The position numbers were made by a program, and so were the translations under genes. Shown here piece after piece: positions 12,052 through 34,559 of a stretch of DNA of 64,000 nucleotides. Under the pieces are notes generated by a model. It was not told the DNA's origin, made no database searches, and worked only from the letters and a program-made list of their open reading frames with translations. Position 1 is the first letter of the stretch. Every line of letters starts with the position of its first letter. The stretch lies in the NCBI RefSeq assembly GCF_009914755.1, contig NC_060939.1; one strand, given 5' to 3'. The stretch comes from the human T2T-CHM13v2.0 reference genome, Homo sapiens.

Positions 12052-12804
12052 GCATTTTACTTGTGCTATACTATAGCCTATATTTGTTTTTATCTCATTT
12101 AAAAAAGTCTCCCCCTGGCATGCTTCATAACATACATAATACCACAGTAATAGGCATGTAAAAATGTATAATTCATAAATAAATAAAACTACATTATTGA
12201 GGAGTACTCAAAACACTCCAACTTCTAAGTATGCACAATTTTTTAAAAAGATACAGTAAATCATTGTGTGTTAAATTATGTAAAAGGAAGATGTTTGAGT
12301 ACTAGTTATATGAAATAATCAGAATCTTAGAAAACAAAGAATCATTTTCATCTTCTTTATAATAGCCAGTTGTTATCACATGAGGGAAGACAATCAGAAT
12401 ACATGAGAAATTATAAACAACTGCTTTCATATTGTGGATTCTGATGCTGTAGATATCCAAATTTCATATGCAACAGAAAACACAAATTACTGAATTTTCA
12501 TATCACATTAGCTGAATTGGAAAAACAATGACTACTTAGAGAAACAAACATGTGATGGAAATGGGCTCAACACTGCATGCCTTAGTGTTTTTCTCCCTTC
12601 CTTCACCATTGGTTAAGAGTATAATAAAGAGAACTACATTGACAATTTCTGGAACTATAAAGTCCAGAATCATTAAAAACTAAAAGTCAAATTGATAAGC
12701 AGAAATATTCAGTGAGGTTTAGTTTTGATGTGGTATCTCCTTTTTAGGTCAAAAATTATAGGCTGCACTAAAGAGAGCCCTATTAGTTTCTATTGCTGCT
12801 GTAA

Positions 12805-19534
<6,730 letters not shown>

Positions 19535-19629
19535 CCCACAAAATTCATGGCTTACAAGAACACAAATATCTTTTGCCGTTCTGGAGCGGAAGTCCAAAAC
19601 ATCTCACTTGGCTATAATGAAAGGGTTAA

Positions 19630-20442
<813 letters not shown>

Positions 20443-22366
20443 TCATTTTTAAGGACTTTTGTGATTATACTGGCGCCACTTGGATAGTCCAAGATAAACC
20501 CTCTGTATTTTAAAGTCAGCTGATTAGTAACTTTAAATCCGTCTGCAACCTTAATTCCTCTTTGGCAAGTGACCTAACATGTTCACAGGTTCTGGGGATC
20601 AGAATGTAGCCATCCTCGGTGAGACATTACTCTGCTTATGTAACACCTACCAGGATTTTCTAATTTAAACGTTGGCCAGTGTTGGCAGGAGCACAATTCT
20701 ATATTTTTTGATTTGTAGATTGTCATAAATACTTACTCGCAATGCAGAATTTCTTATAGTTGCATGTGACATAACCCTACATTCACATGTGTATGCACAT
20801 GCAAACATACACACGTAACTGTGCTCCTGATGTATTCAGCGTATCCCTAAAAACAATAATAAATGAAGAAACACATCCTATTTATATGGGGAAACATTCT
20901 TATTAAAAGCTGAAATGAAGTGTATGTATAAAGAACAACCAACTGGGAATCAAAAAATCTCTGTTCTCAATTTCATTCTGCCCTTTCATAAACTTTCAGG
21001 TAAAATGGTAGTAATAATAGTACTTGAAAGAACTGTGTAGGGTGTCATGGGCATTTATTTATCTCAAAGGTATTCACCACCATTAAAACTCCATTCAGGG
21101 GTCGCAAGACAAACTTGTGGTCATCTCCAGGGGGTGAAGGTTGGAAAGTGGAACATCCTAGCTTAATTTTAATAGACAAGGAAATGCTTTTTTGTAGTTG
21201 ATTCTGGTCAGGAGGCTCATCTCAGCTCAAATCCTTGATGTCATCACTAACTCTGAGAGGTTGAGTACAAACTTTTGACATACCTTACCTCAGTTTCTCC
21301 AGAAAGTATTAATAATAGGATAAAATATTTTGGAATAGAACTCTAAACATTGGCATAGTGCACAAAATATTTGTATCTATAGAGATATTGCCTTTGAATT
21401 AGTTCATTTGGTTCTGTAACAATACTGCCTCAATGTTCAATAAAAGTGGATGTTGAAACTGATCATTAGATAGAGTTTGGGCTTATGTTTTTCCAATTCT
21501 GGGTTTCAATTATCCATGTTATATTTGTCTTCTTTTATTTCAGAAAATCACAAATTAGCAATAATTACCCAATTCTTTTTGAATAACCACTCAAAAATAG
21601 AGCCTAAAACTAAATATTCAATCCCTTTAAATTGATTGGCTTAGATAATTTTCTTTTTGGATTTGGGCCAGTGTTAGATTGGAGTAATTAATCATCTTAA
21701 CAGTATACTTACATTTTAACCATAAAGTTGCATTACTTTTAACTCACACTAGGAAATGTTTGTCAAAACTAGAAATCATTAAGGTAGACATACCAGTTAA
21801 GCTGTTACCTGCAGATGCAAATTTGTATCTTTGCCCAAACTTAAAACAACAACTAGCAACATTTCTCTTGCTTGTGAATTTAATTCTATTGATATCAGTG
21901 AGCTGCACAGAACTCAACTGGTTAAGGAGATATTAGGTATGCACATTTGGGGATGCCCATATGCTTTTCAGCAAATATACAACAGGTCAGGCTAATGAGA
22001 AGTGTTTGCCTGAGGAATTCATTATATTTATTGATAAGTTTGTCATATTGACATGGAGGACTGCATTGTTAGTCATTATTCGCCATAAAGGTGAGTCCCT
22101 AAGGTGGACATTAGTTTTGCATTTTAATACTTGATGAATAAAAGTTCCACTGTTGGCATCCACTTCTGCCACCTACTATCTTTTCGGACTTAGTTAGGCT
22201 TAGTTTTGTAGATAATTTTTTAATGCTGGACAGAAAGTTAACTTCCTAGCTATGTAATCTTAAGTCAATTAATCTTACAGAGACTTGGTTTTCAGATCTG
22301 CCAAAAAGGGATTCTTATGTGGATAAAATCTAACATGTTCATTTAGATACAAAGAGATGAGAGAAA

Positions 22367-22367
<1 letters not shown>

Positions 22368-22413
<46 letters not shown>

Positions 22414-22430
22414 AGAGAGAGAGAGAGAGA
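22368..22430. repeat. (CA)n followed by (GA)n microsatellite
   Basis: Seen directly. Confidence 0.97.
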
Positions 22431-22651
22431 CGGGGTGAGGGGTGGAGGGATCAGTTGTTGTTCAAGTATATTGATAAAGTGCAAGGCAGTTTGATCATTA
22501 TTGGAACTGATACATTTTGCTTTTATTTAACATAGAGAACGTACCACACATTGTCTTCTATCTGTATCTCTTGGCATTGCTCACTAAAAAGAAAAGTATA
22601 TAGGTAACAATTTAGGATAATCTATCTTGCTTTATGCATAGATTTTTCACA

Positions 22652-23277
22652 AATTAAAACCACAATGAAAAATCATCTCGCCTACTCAGCATAACTATTA
22701 TTAAAACATAAAAAATAACAGATATGGGGGGAGAATGCAGAAAAAAGGAAACATTATATACTGCTATTGGGACTGTAAATTAGTACAACATCTATGGAAA
22801 ACAGTACAGAGATTTCCTAAACAACTAAAAATAGAACTACCATTAATCCAGCAATCCCACTACTGGGTATCAACCTAAGTGTCCATCAATGGAAGATTAA
22901 AGAAAATGTGGCATATATGCACAATGAAATACTATTTATTCATAAAATGAATGAAATCATGTCTTTTGCAGCAACATGGATGGAACCCAAGGCCATTATC
23001 TTAAGTGAAACAACTCAGTAACAGAAAGTCAAAGACCTCATGTTCTCACTTGTAAGTGGGAGCTAAATAATGTATGCACAATGGACACAGAGTGTGGAAT
23101 GATAGATGTTGGAGACTGGGAATGGTGGGAGAGGGTGGATGATTAGAAATTACTTAATGGGTACCATGTACACTATTTGGGTGATGGACACACTAAAATC
23201 CCACACTTCACCATTACTCAATATATCCACTTAACAAAATTGCACTTGTACCCCTTACATTTATACAATTTTTTTAA
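22652..23277 (+). mobile_element. L1PB-type 3' end with an internal deletion
   Basis: aattacttaatgggtaccatgtacactatttgggtgatggacacactaaaatcccacacttcacc...tgcacttgtacccc. Confidence 0.88.
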
Positions 23278-23499
23278 AAGAAGACTTCTATATAGCCAAG
23301 TAATTCTAGGTTATATACGGAATTTCTTTTCCCTAGGCTTAATTTCAGTCAGTGTTTAGCTCCTATGTATTTGAGATCTAGAAGTCACTGTCCCACCTAC
23401 CCCCACCATACTTCCTCCTATTCTCTTACTCCCCTGCAACTAGGGCATCCCTTCCTTACCCACTTGAGTCAGATCTATGGGGTCCTGGACCACACATCT

Positions 23500-24300
23500 T
23501 CCTCTTGCTTGATTTTTTTCCGATTATGCTAAAGTACATCTACAAATACATAGAACATAGAGTATCTGAGCCTTTTTAATGCCAGAAAATGTATTTAGCA
23601 CTCATACTTATCTGCGATTCAAAGGTTAAAGTTCAGCAATAGTTTCAAACAATAATTTTTCCTGGAGCTCTGAAGATGGTGTGTCAAGTGGCTGATGAGA
23701 AGTTGACAGACAATCTAATTCTGCTTTCTTTATTTTTGGCAACCTTTTCCTCTTTCTCATTAGTTTTTAAAAATTTTCCCTTTATCTTTGCTTCGAAATT
23801 TCCCAAGGATTTATCTAGATCTACATCATTTTTTTTTTCATTTCATTCTGGTTGCCATTCAAGCTAAAGTGAACTCTATCATGCTAAACTATACTGTCTA
23901 ATTCAGGCATAGAAAATTGTTTTCTGTTACTTAAGCTATTGTTTCCTTTCTTACGTTTTCTCATCTCTTTTACTGAGATGACTATAGACAGAAGTAAAAC
24001 ATCCTTGAATAATCTTTTGTCTTTTTCCTCATATATTTTTTTCTTTTTCTCTACATTCTGGAAAATTTATTTGCCTTTCAGTTTTTCAACTATTTAATTT
24101 GATCAAACATATTTTAAACGTCTAAAGCTGTGTTTTCCACTGCAGTCTATTCCTTTAATATCTCCTCAAATCTGAAGATGATAGAGTGTTTTTTTTTAAA
24201 CAACTTTTGTCTGTCTTTCTGAATCATCTATTTCTTCCATGTCAGTTCTTTTATGTTGTCTGTTCTCCACAAAAGTCTGTGGACCCATTACTGATTCTAT
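23500..24300 (-). mobile_element. Highly decayed L1M ORF1/HAL1-like sequence
   Basis: T-rich; gctgatgagaagttgacagacaatctaattc motif typical of antisense old ORF1. Confidence 0.5.
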
Positions 24301-24615
24301 TTTGAAATGAATTGGATTGACTGTTCTAGGAAAGGGCTACAGGTTTTCTCTGCTAATGTGTAAGTAAGTCTCCTTCCTGAGAAGCCTGTCTTTGGAAGGA
24401 GACCTCTGTTAATGTGAGAAGGATGTGCCACTGGCAGTATTTGCTTGAGACAGAGTGGGCAGAAAGTCAGTTCTGGGTTGTGTGTCCTCCCAAATGTCAG
24501 AACAAGGAAAGCTTTGTTTTAAGGTTGCCAATATCACACTATAAATGCTAATATTAATAACAGCTAACACATAACTTACCAGGTACTGTTCAAAGAAATT
24601 CTATTTAATACCCAA

Positions 24616-26537
24616 GTGATGTCAAAAAGATGGTGGGATATGAGATACCAGCCTTTATCCTCCTCCCCCACAAAAAAAATTATAAAGTCAACCACAAACA
24701 GAAATAGCCTTGGGAGGATTCAAAGACACAGTTAAAACCTTGGAAACTGAAGCCACTGCTGCAGGAGACACAAGCCCATAGCTAAAATCATAATAATTAA
24801 AAGATGAAAGTTTTTCTCCTAATATCAAGACAAGGATGCCCATTCTTGCTATTTCTGCTCAACATAGTACTAGAAGTCTTAGCCAGATCAAATAGGCAAG
24901 AAATAGAAGACATCCAAATTGGAAAGGAAGACATTGTTTCTATTTGCAGATAATATAATCCTATATATATAAGACTCTAATGACTCAATCAAAAAACTGT
25001 GAAAACTGATAAATGCAGTAAAATTGCAAGTTGTGAAATCAACATACAAAAATCAGTTGTGATTCTATACACTAATAATTAACTATTTAAAAAATAATAA
25101 TAATTTCACAATATCAAAAAGAAACAAATCCTTAAAAATAAATTTAATCAAGAACGTGAGATATCTGTACACTGAAAACTATAAAACAATGATGAAAGAA
25201 ATTGAAAGATGACACATATAAATGGAAAGATATACTGTGTTCATGGATCAAAACAATCAATATTGTCAAAATGCCTATACAATTCAAAGTGATCTACAGA
25301 ATCAATGCAATATCTATCAAATTTCCAACAGCATTTTTCACAGAAATAGAAAAGAAGTCATAAATTTGTATGGAAGCACAAAACGTTCTGAATAGGTGAA
25401 GTTACTTGAGCAAGAATAACAGAGTTGAAGGCTTCTCAATTTTAAATTATATTACAAAGCTATAGTAATTAAAATGATATGGTACTAGCATAAAAAGAGA
25501 CACATAGATCAATGGAACATAATAGAAAGTCCACAAATAAACCTACACATGTGATCAACTAGTCTCTGAGGAAGAATTCACTGGGTATACACAATGGGAA
25601 ATGATAGTCCCTTCAATCAAAGGAGCTAGGAAAACTGGCCATCTGCATGCAAAACAATGACAGTGAATCATTATCTTACACCAGACACAAAAATCAACTT
25701 AAAATGAATTAAAGATTTAAACATAAGACCTAAAACTGTAAAATTCCTCAAAGAAAACATCAGGGGAAGCCCCATGACACTGAACTTGGCAATGAATTTT
25801 GGCTAAGACACCAAAAACACAGGCAACAAAAGTAGGATTGAACAACTTAAACAAAATCAAACAAGCTAAATTGAACAAAATTAATTACAATTAAATAAAC
25901 AGAATTAAACTACAGCAAACTATAAAGTTTCTACACAGCAAAGGAAACAATCAACAAAAAGAAAAGGTAATCCACAGAATGGGAGAAAATGTTTGTTAAC
26001 CATGTATCTGGTAAGAAGTTAATATTCAAAATATATGAGGAATTCATATAATTCAATTGTATGAATTGCAAAAAATGAAAGTAACCTGATTTAAAAATGA
26101 AAAGAGAACCTGAATAGACATTTTTTCCAAAGAAGACAAGCAAATGGCCAAGAAGTATATAAAAATGTACTTAACATCAATAATCATCTGGGAAATGCAA
26201 ATCAAAACCACAAAATGCAAACCTGACACCTGCTAGAATGGCTGTTAACAAGAAGCCAAAAGATATCAAATGTTGATAAGGATGTGGAGCAACCTTATAC
26301 ATTGTTGGTGGGTATGTAAACTGGTACAACCATTATGGAGAACAGTATGGAGGTTTCTCAAGAAATTACAAATATAACCACCTTGTGATCTAGGAATCCT
26401 ACATGTGAGTATACATTCAAAGGAAATGAAATCAGTTTGTTGAAGAGATATCTGCCCTCCCTTGTTCATTGCCACAGTCTTCATAATAGCCAAGATATGG
26501 AAACAACGTGTTTCTTGACAGATAAATGGATAAACTG

Positions 26538-26579
<42 letters not shown>

Positions 26580-27104
26580 ACGTAATTGAATATTAGTCAG
26601 CCTTAGAAAATAAGAAAATTCTGTCACTTGCAATAACATAGATAAACCTGGAAGACTTTACGCAAAGTAAAATAAGCCAGACACGCAAACATAAATATTG
26701 TATGATCTCACTTATATGTAGAATCTAAAAAAGTCAAACTCATAGAAACAGAGTAGAATGGTAGTTACCAGGGTTGTGTGTGGTGGAGTTGGCGGGAGTG
26801 GAGGATATGTTGGTGAAAGGGAACAAACTTTCACTTATAAAGTGAATACGTTCTGGAGACCTAATGTACAGCATGCTGACTACAGTTACTACAAATAGAT
26901 TGTAAACTTGAAATTTGTTAAGAAAATAGATTTTAAGTAGCCTCAACACACATCCAGGAAAGGCAACTATGTGAGATTATGGATATGTTAATTAACTTGA
27001 TTGTGGTGATCACTTCACAATGTATATCAAAACATCACATTGTATATCTTGAATATATATAGTATTTACTTTTTAATTATACCTCACTAAAGCTAAAAAT
27101 AATA
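24616..27104 (+). mobile_element. L1MA8/9-like element: short 5' UTR-like piece joined to ORF2 3' half and 3' UTR; contains (CA)n at ~26540-26576
   Basis: ORF2 RT/C-terminal remnants; 3' UTR ttctggagacctaatgtacagcatg...ttatacctcactaaagct + A-rich tail. Confidence 0.88.
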
Positions 27105-27290
27105 ATTATTTGGTCCCCAAAACAACTATGTGAGGTAATGCGATTATTATTTCCCATTTTGCAGATGAGGAAACTGAGGCACAGATGGTTAAGGAAATTG
27201 CCCAAGGTCACACAGTTGGTAAGTAACAGAGCTAAGCCCTGAATGCAGCCAGTCTGGCCTTGTGCCCTTGACAATTACATCCTCTGCCTT
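27105..27290 (-). mobile_element. MIR (other part at ~24555-24612, separated by the L1)
   Basis: cccattttgcagatgaggaaactgaggcacagatggttaaggaaattgcccaaggtcacacag, canonical MIR core. Confidence 0.92.
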
Positions 27291-30094
27291 GACTTTCTTC
27301 AGGTATTTCACTGACGTTCTTGAAAGAAAAGGCTTCTGGTTTTATGGACTGAGACCATACTACCTATGTGCGTCTGTAAAAACTGTGACTCTCCCTCTTC
27401 TAATGCTGCCAACCACAAGCTGAGCTTTTTGAAGATTACCAAGGACAAAGCAGCTCCCTTTTCTGCTCTTCCAGTGTGATCTCTAATTTGGTACCACCCC
27501 TCCCTGCACACTACCGCGTTCCATTAATCCACACACTTCTCTATAGCTCTTGTGTAGGATGATTCTTCCTTCACTTTCTTCCACTCCCTTAATTCACATG
27601 GATTTATTCTCTTTTGTGTCATCCTTTCATTTTATTGGTCCCCCATAACAGAAGGGCCATCCTACCACGTTCAATTAAACTGATTTAAGAAACTCAAGCA
27701 CAAGTTGTAGCCCCTATTCACATATTTACCTTCTCAAATGTTTTTAAGCAACCTGTGTTAATTAACATCCTAACATAATCTTTCTAAATTAGTAATTAAC
27801 TTTGATTTATCCAACTTAGTCTAGTGATAAAGACAGGAACTTAGTTTATAGTTTTCCATATGGCTAAACTTAAAAATGTACTTTGTCATATATAAAAGCC
27901 TAGGCATTAACATGTCTGAAGACACTTGAGATTTTATTCTGAAAGGCTCTTATTGGGAGAATATATCCAATTTCCACAAGTTTATCCCATAATTTTCCAA
28001 TACTAACCTTGGCATAAGCATTGAGTGAGTCTTGAACACCTAAGACAAGCGAAGGTCTCTTTGTAAAGATGTTACCATTTTGCTTTGTAAATGTCTCACA
28101 ATTTTTGTGGAAAAGCTTAATGCTAGGTACATTTCTCAGGTTCTAGAAATGGGTTCTAATGATCTATTAAATACTGATATTTTAAACTGTAAACTTCCTT
28201 ATTATTACCTGAATGTGAACCAATGGTCAGTTCTTAGACATTTCAAGTAACTGAAGACTATTCTTTTCTATGACAGAAGTAGCAGCAGAGGTTTAAGCAG
28301 AAACTTTACTGAAAGTCAATGCCACCTCTTTGCATTTATCAATGCCAGTCTTGTTCTGCATATTTTTTGGTATTCGCCATGCATTGTTAACGGTGATTGT
28401 CATGTAATTAAATCACTGCTCATCACAAGAGTCTGTTTTTATGCTGAGATAAGCATCAGAAGCGTGCTGCTGGACCCCCAGATCAATAAAGATGTTCCCA
28501 GTAGGATTACAAAGAGGCTGGGGTTGAGAAGGGCACCAGAATTAATTAGGACTGATTTCTCTTTTTCTTTCTACTTTCAATATATTTTTAATTGTTTTTC
28601 CATTTTCAATGGGCTCTACTACCCCCCTCTTTTTTCAAATTCTATACTGATGCTCAGACACTTCTGTCCAGAGGTCTGTGGGAGCTGAATGTTCAATCCC
28701 TTCTACTTTTTCAGTTGTATCCACAAACTGCAATTTCATTTAGTCCCAGTGATCTCTAGGTTTTATCATTTTCAAAGATGCTTTGAAACTAGTGGTGGCC
28801 ATTTTTGGAAAAAAGCTATGTGAACATTAAAATGCTAGCTTTGAACTGCAGATGGACTTCTTGCTTCAGTTGGTATGCTCATGACAAAATTATAGTACCT
28901 GGTTTCTAGGCATATCAGTGTATTCTAAAATGAAACAAAATCTAAATCAAACTCAAATTAAAAAATCTTCTTGTTCTTCATTCAACTGTGTGTAATAACC
29001 TGGTGAGGGACATGCAAAAGAAGAAGAAAAACACATACTAAGTTTGGAGTCTATAAGCATCATATCCTAAGAGATGTGTCCCCGTGCAGAAGGAGCTGCA
29101 TGACATAAGAGGACCAATACTCCTAAATTCAAGGATTATTAACATTCCTGGATGCAGAAATAAAGACTAGAAATTAGTGAGGCCGCAGCTACAAGAGATA
29201 GTGATGGTAGGGAAAGGGACATTGTGTCCAAAGAGTGAGATGGAATAGAAACATTTCTAAGCGTTGAGAAATAGATTTTTCTGAAAAGCAGAAAATAATT
29301 AATTATTCCAAAAACAGGAAGGGGAAAGTGATCTACTAATGGTGACCCAAAATGACCACATTGTAAGATCCCATTATCAGGGATACCCAGTCACAGCTGG
29401 GCTATCACAAAGCAGTAAATGATAGGAGGGCAATGTTGGTGTTTCTTGCTTCCATGAGTTTGATAATTAAATCACCCATTCATTCTTTCATTCAGCATAC
29501 ACTTACTGAATGCCTACTCTTAGGGTTTGAGGGATTTTAAAAGGCCAGAATAATTCCCCATTGACCTGAGTTCAGAAACAACCAAGAGGTAGATTCAAAC
29601 AAATGGGGATGAAAATACATCTTTATTACTGCTATTGAAAAATAAGGACAAGCGGGCTTCCTAATACTCAACTGTGGGATTAGACTTATTCAGCCAGGCA
29701 CAGTGACTGTTGACTACCACAAGACTCGCCTTCGAGGACCATAACCTGCTCTGTAAGACTCAGGGCAAAGAGGTGCAGAGAAAAATGCCTACTTTAAAGA
29801 GAAAGTGAGGGAATGGGACTGAGAGTGCTTGCCCACTTCCTTCTGCATGAGGAGGTGAGCTGATGGGGGCACTGAAGGGAGGTCATCAGGGTCACTCTAG
29901 CATCACTTCCTTCATGGCAGCTTCTTGAGTGGTAGCCCATGGCAAAGGAAACTTCCTAATAGGAGACACACACATATACATTCCTGGCAGGCAGAAACCA
30001 GACAGAGTCAGTGCCTTCAAAAAACTTACCATGCAGTATTAGAAATAGAGCACTATACCAGCAATAATAATACGTGACCAACTTTCTTTTCCAG

Positions 30095-30661
30095 TAAGTG
30101 GAGCATCTTGAACTTGGTAGGGGCTACTGCCCTTGGACCTCTGAAGTTTCACTGAAAAATCAACTCGCAAAAGGCACATTAATAGGAGATACAAATTTGT
30201 TTAATGCATGTACATAAGAGCCTTCAGAATGAAGACAATAAGGCGCAGAAGCTTATATACCTACTTGAGGTTATAGGAAGAATGTGGGCTCAGAGCATGG
30301 CCCCAAAGAGGTTGTGCTGGTAATTCAGGTTTAGTGGCAAGACAGGTTATGAGAGGAAGAAAGGAAGAGGCCTGTCTAGCTAAGGTGGCCTTGTTATGTT
30401 GACGAAGCCTTATTGGTAGCACTCCTCCAAGAGAACAGAAGGCATAGGCAGCAAATGTCTCTTGTCAGACCTTTAAAGGTATCAGACTCAGTAAATCTCT
30501 TCCACATCAAGAAACGCCTGGAAAGGAAAGTCCTGGCTGCATTAATAATGATTCTGTATGGATGTAAATTTTCCCCACTTCAGTCTGCTGGCTCTGCGGC
30601 AGCCATTTCCAAATGTGTCAAAGAAAATATATTTTGGGGTAAAATATTTTGACTTCCCTCA
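30095..30661 (-). mobile_element. ERV1 solo LTR, MER39/MER34-like
   Basis: Ends gccatttccaaatgtgtcaaagaaaatatattttggggtaaaatattttgacttccctCA, the reverse complement of the MER39-type LTR start. Confidence 0.75.
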
Positions 30662-30789
30662 ACTGCATGGGTAAGTAGCTGGCCCCAACATAGCTTTCCA
30701 GTCCTATGTATCACTACTGTCTCAGAAATATGGTGGATTTCAGTTACATTCCACTACTCTTCAATCCTAAATACATACACTTGCCTTGA

Positions 30790-31445
<656 letters not shown>

Positions 31446-31533
31446 AAGAAACAGTTATTGATCCCCATGACTATGCATAACCTTTCTTGCTTTTAAGTTT
31501 GTATATCCCTTAGTTCCATTCTGATGTTGGTTG

Positions 31534-32236
31534 CGTTAGCAGTGGTGCTGAATCTGTACAGGTATGCAGCAACTCAAACCTTGCCTCCTCAGAAGAAAGA
31601 ATTTGTCCAAGGGGCATAAGGTAGAGTGAGAGACCAAAGCAAGTTTACAGCAGGAGTGAAAGTTTATTAAAAAGCTTTACAGCAGGAATGAAAGGAAGTA
31701 AATTACACTTGGAAGAGGGCCAATCAGGAGACTTGAGAGATCAAGTGCACTGCTAGACCTTTGACTTGGAGTTTTATATGTTTGCATACTTCTGTGTTGC
31801 ATTACTTCTCCCCTGAATCTTCCCTTGGGGTGGGCTGTCCACTTGTGCAGTGACCTGCCACCATTTTGGAGAGGCCTCATGCATAGTGTGTTTACTGAAA
31901 TCGTACACGTGCTCATTTGAGGCATTTTCCCTCACCTGTTGAGGGTTCCTAGAGGAAGGTTATAGACCCGTTAAACTGCCATTTTGCCCCTTCGTGAACA
32001 TGCTTGTGCCCTCACACAACTCCTGAGATCTTATCGGGAAGCTGCTGGTCACCAGCTGCAGATGTTTATTTATTTGGAGACCGCCGCTCCCTGGTGCCAG
32101 CTGCAACCAATTATTGTTTTAGCGAGACAGTTTAACAACCGCATGACCATCACCTGAGGGTCGCCTGACATTCCTGGGGTTGGGGGGGCTCTCCTGCCCT
32201 ACTCACGTCTGCCTAACTACCTACTCTGCTCTAACA
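31534..32236 (-). mobile_element. MER50 ERV1 solo LTR
   Basis: ctctcctgccctactcacgtctgcctaactacctactct..ctaaCA terminus; perfect 4-bp TSD GTTG (31530-31533, 32237-32240). Confidence 0.85.
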
Positions 32237-32539
32237 GTTGTAACCTTCCTTACTCTATCAGAAGAATGTGCTTGCCCATTTCATCCCTTCTTGAACTGTG
32301 GCATTCTCATCTCTAAATGTTGCCTAACATCCGACTCAAAGGCCTTGCACACAGACATACAATAAATATGTTAAATGGAAAGAAGCACTCCAAAAAGTGA
32401 GCATTGCCTAGATTTATTTCCTTCATTTATATCCATTCATTCATTCGGTTAGTCAGTCAAAACTTATGAGAGACTGCTATGTGCCAGGTGTTATTTCTAA
32501 GTATGATGAAAACAAAAAGTAAGTACAACGTAGTTCTGC

Positions 32540-33361
32540 TGTAATTGCCTGATGGGCTATTCCTGCACACTGAATAGACAAAACCTATTCACTGAGACTG
32601 TGGTATTGCAGTAAAGAAACAGTTTAATTAACACAAGGCTAGCCTGGTAAAAGATAAAGGTATTACTCAAATCAATCTCCCTGAAGGCCTGGAGGGAGGT
32701 TAGGGTTTTTCAAGGATAGTTTCATGGGCAGGGAACTAAATGAGTGCTGCTAATTGGTTGGGAATGCAATCAAAGGGGTGTGGAAAACGGTCCTCCTGAG
32801 CTGTCTGCCTCTGGGTGGGGCCGCAGGATCTGTTGAGTCATGAGTTCAGAGTCCAGGTGAGGCCAGTCAATTGCCAGAATGAAAAAGTCTGGAAAAAACC
32901 TAAAAGACCAATCTTAGGTTCTATGATATTGATGTTGTCTACAGAAGCAATTGGGAAAGTCACAAATCTTGTGACCTCTGGCCACATGGCTCCTGAGCAG
33001 TAAGGGATTATAGAAACTATGCCTACATTTTAGCGTAGTTCAAGCCCCTCCCATAATCCTAATCTTGTGGTTTTATTAATTTTCCATCCCTGAGGAAGGA
33101 GGGAGTTAGTTTCAGGGAGGGACTATTATCATCCTTGCCTAAGTAGTTTATGTTAAACTATGAACTAAATAAACTATAAACTAAATGTAGTTTATATAAA
33201 CTATATAATTTAGATTATATAAACTATAAACTAAATTTCTCTCATGGTAAGGTTGGCCTATGCCCGGGAATGTGTGAAGATAGCTAGCTTGTGAGGCTAG
33301 AAGCAAGATGGAGCCCGCCATGTTAGATTTCTCTGTCATAATCTTTGCAACGGCAGTTTCG
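32540..33361 (-). mobile_element. LTR8-family ERV1 solo LTR
   Basis: agaagcaagatggag...gttagatttctctgtcataatctttgcaacggcagtttc is the reverse complement of the LTR8 start. Confidence 0.85.
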
Positions 33362-34559
33362 CTATCTTTAAAATATGAAAATTGAAAATAGTATCTAATA
33401 CTTTATAATCGTATCTGACATTTATTAATAGTAAATGACTTGGAATTAAGGTAATAATGACACTCTTCATAGAACCCCAAATCCAGGGTAAACAAGTAAA
33501 AAGAAGCTGGACCCACGGCTCCTTTCCTTTCGTGACTGGGCAGGGTCTAACCAGTTTCTCACCCCCTCTCCTACTTAGATCTCTATAAGTCCAGAGAAGG
33601 CGGCATATAACTCTATAGTCAGAGCAACTTCTCTAAACCCTGTACTGGCCTCATTTCTCCATGCAGAACTTCAAGTGCCATATACCATTTAAAGGCATTT
33701 AAATCTGGAAGATGGCAGGTCTGTTGTCAAAGATAATTCAAATTTTCTGTAAAGTTCTATGGGAATATAGAATTTCATTATTTTTCTTCTCTGCATTCTT
33801 CCCATCATCCCCTTGTAGGCTCAATTTTCTCTGCATTTTGTGTTTTTCATAAAACAAAACATTTTCCCTTCATAGTAGAAGCTACAAATGACCTTCATTC
33901 TGTTTATTGCGTCTCCAGCTTGTATTAAGCCTTCGAGCTCTGCAGAGGGATTTCTAAAGGACACAGACCTCAAACCTGCCAACCTATCAGTTTAGCTGGG
34001 AGAAAAAATAAAAAGTTAGTGTGCCTCTCCCATGCTTGAGATTGTATTTCTACCTAACCTTCAGCACAGAGCACACTGTTCACTAAGAGAGATCTATTTT
34101 TATACTGTAGATCAACTGTCTCCTCTCCCCATCTCAGCCCTCTCCCGTGCTCGCTTTTGTCCCTTAAGATGGAATTGTAAGCCCCGTTTTTCTCCAAGGA
34201 CTGGAATATATAATGTCGAAAGCAAGCCACTTTAGCTCACAAGTCCCCTGTAGTGGTTTGGGAGGTCACTTGCAGTGTAATGAGGTCTTGCTGCCACTAG
34301 GGCCCTGAAGAAAATTACAAGGAGACCAAGTATATCCTTGGAAACTCTTTAACTTCAGATGGGACTTTCTCCACAGTCAATCAGTTTATTGATTTTGTTT
34401 GTCCCTAATGATTCATGGTTTTTAAAATTTTGATGAATTGAAAAATACCCACCCACATTCTTTCTTCTGCCTGTGCAGTGTTCCTCTTTATTTCTACTGA
34501 TAATGTGAATTGGTTGTTTGTTCCAAATGACTGGGAATATCAAATTGTTTGTGTACGCA

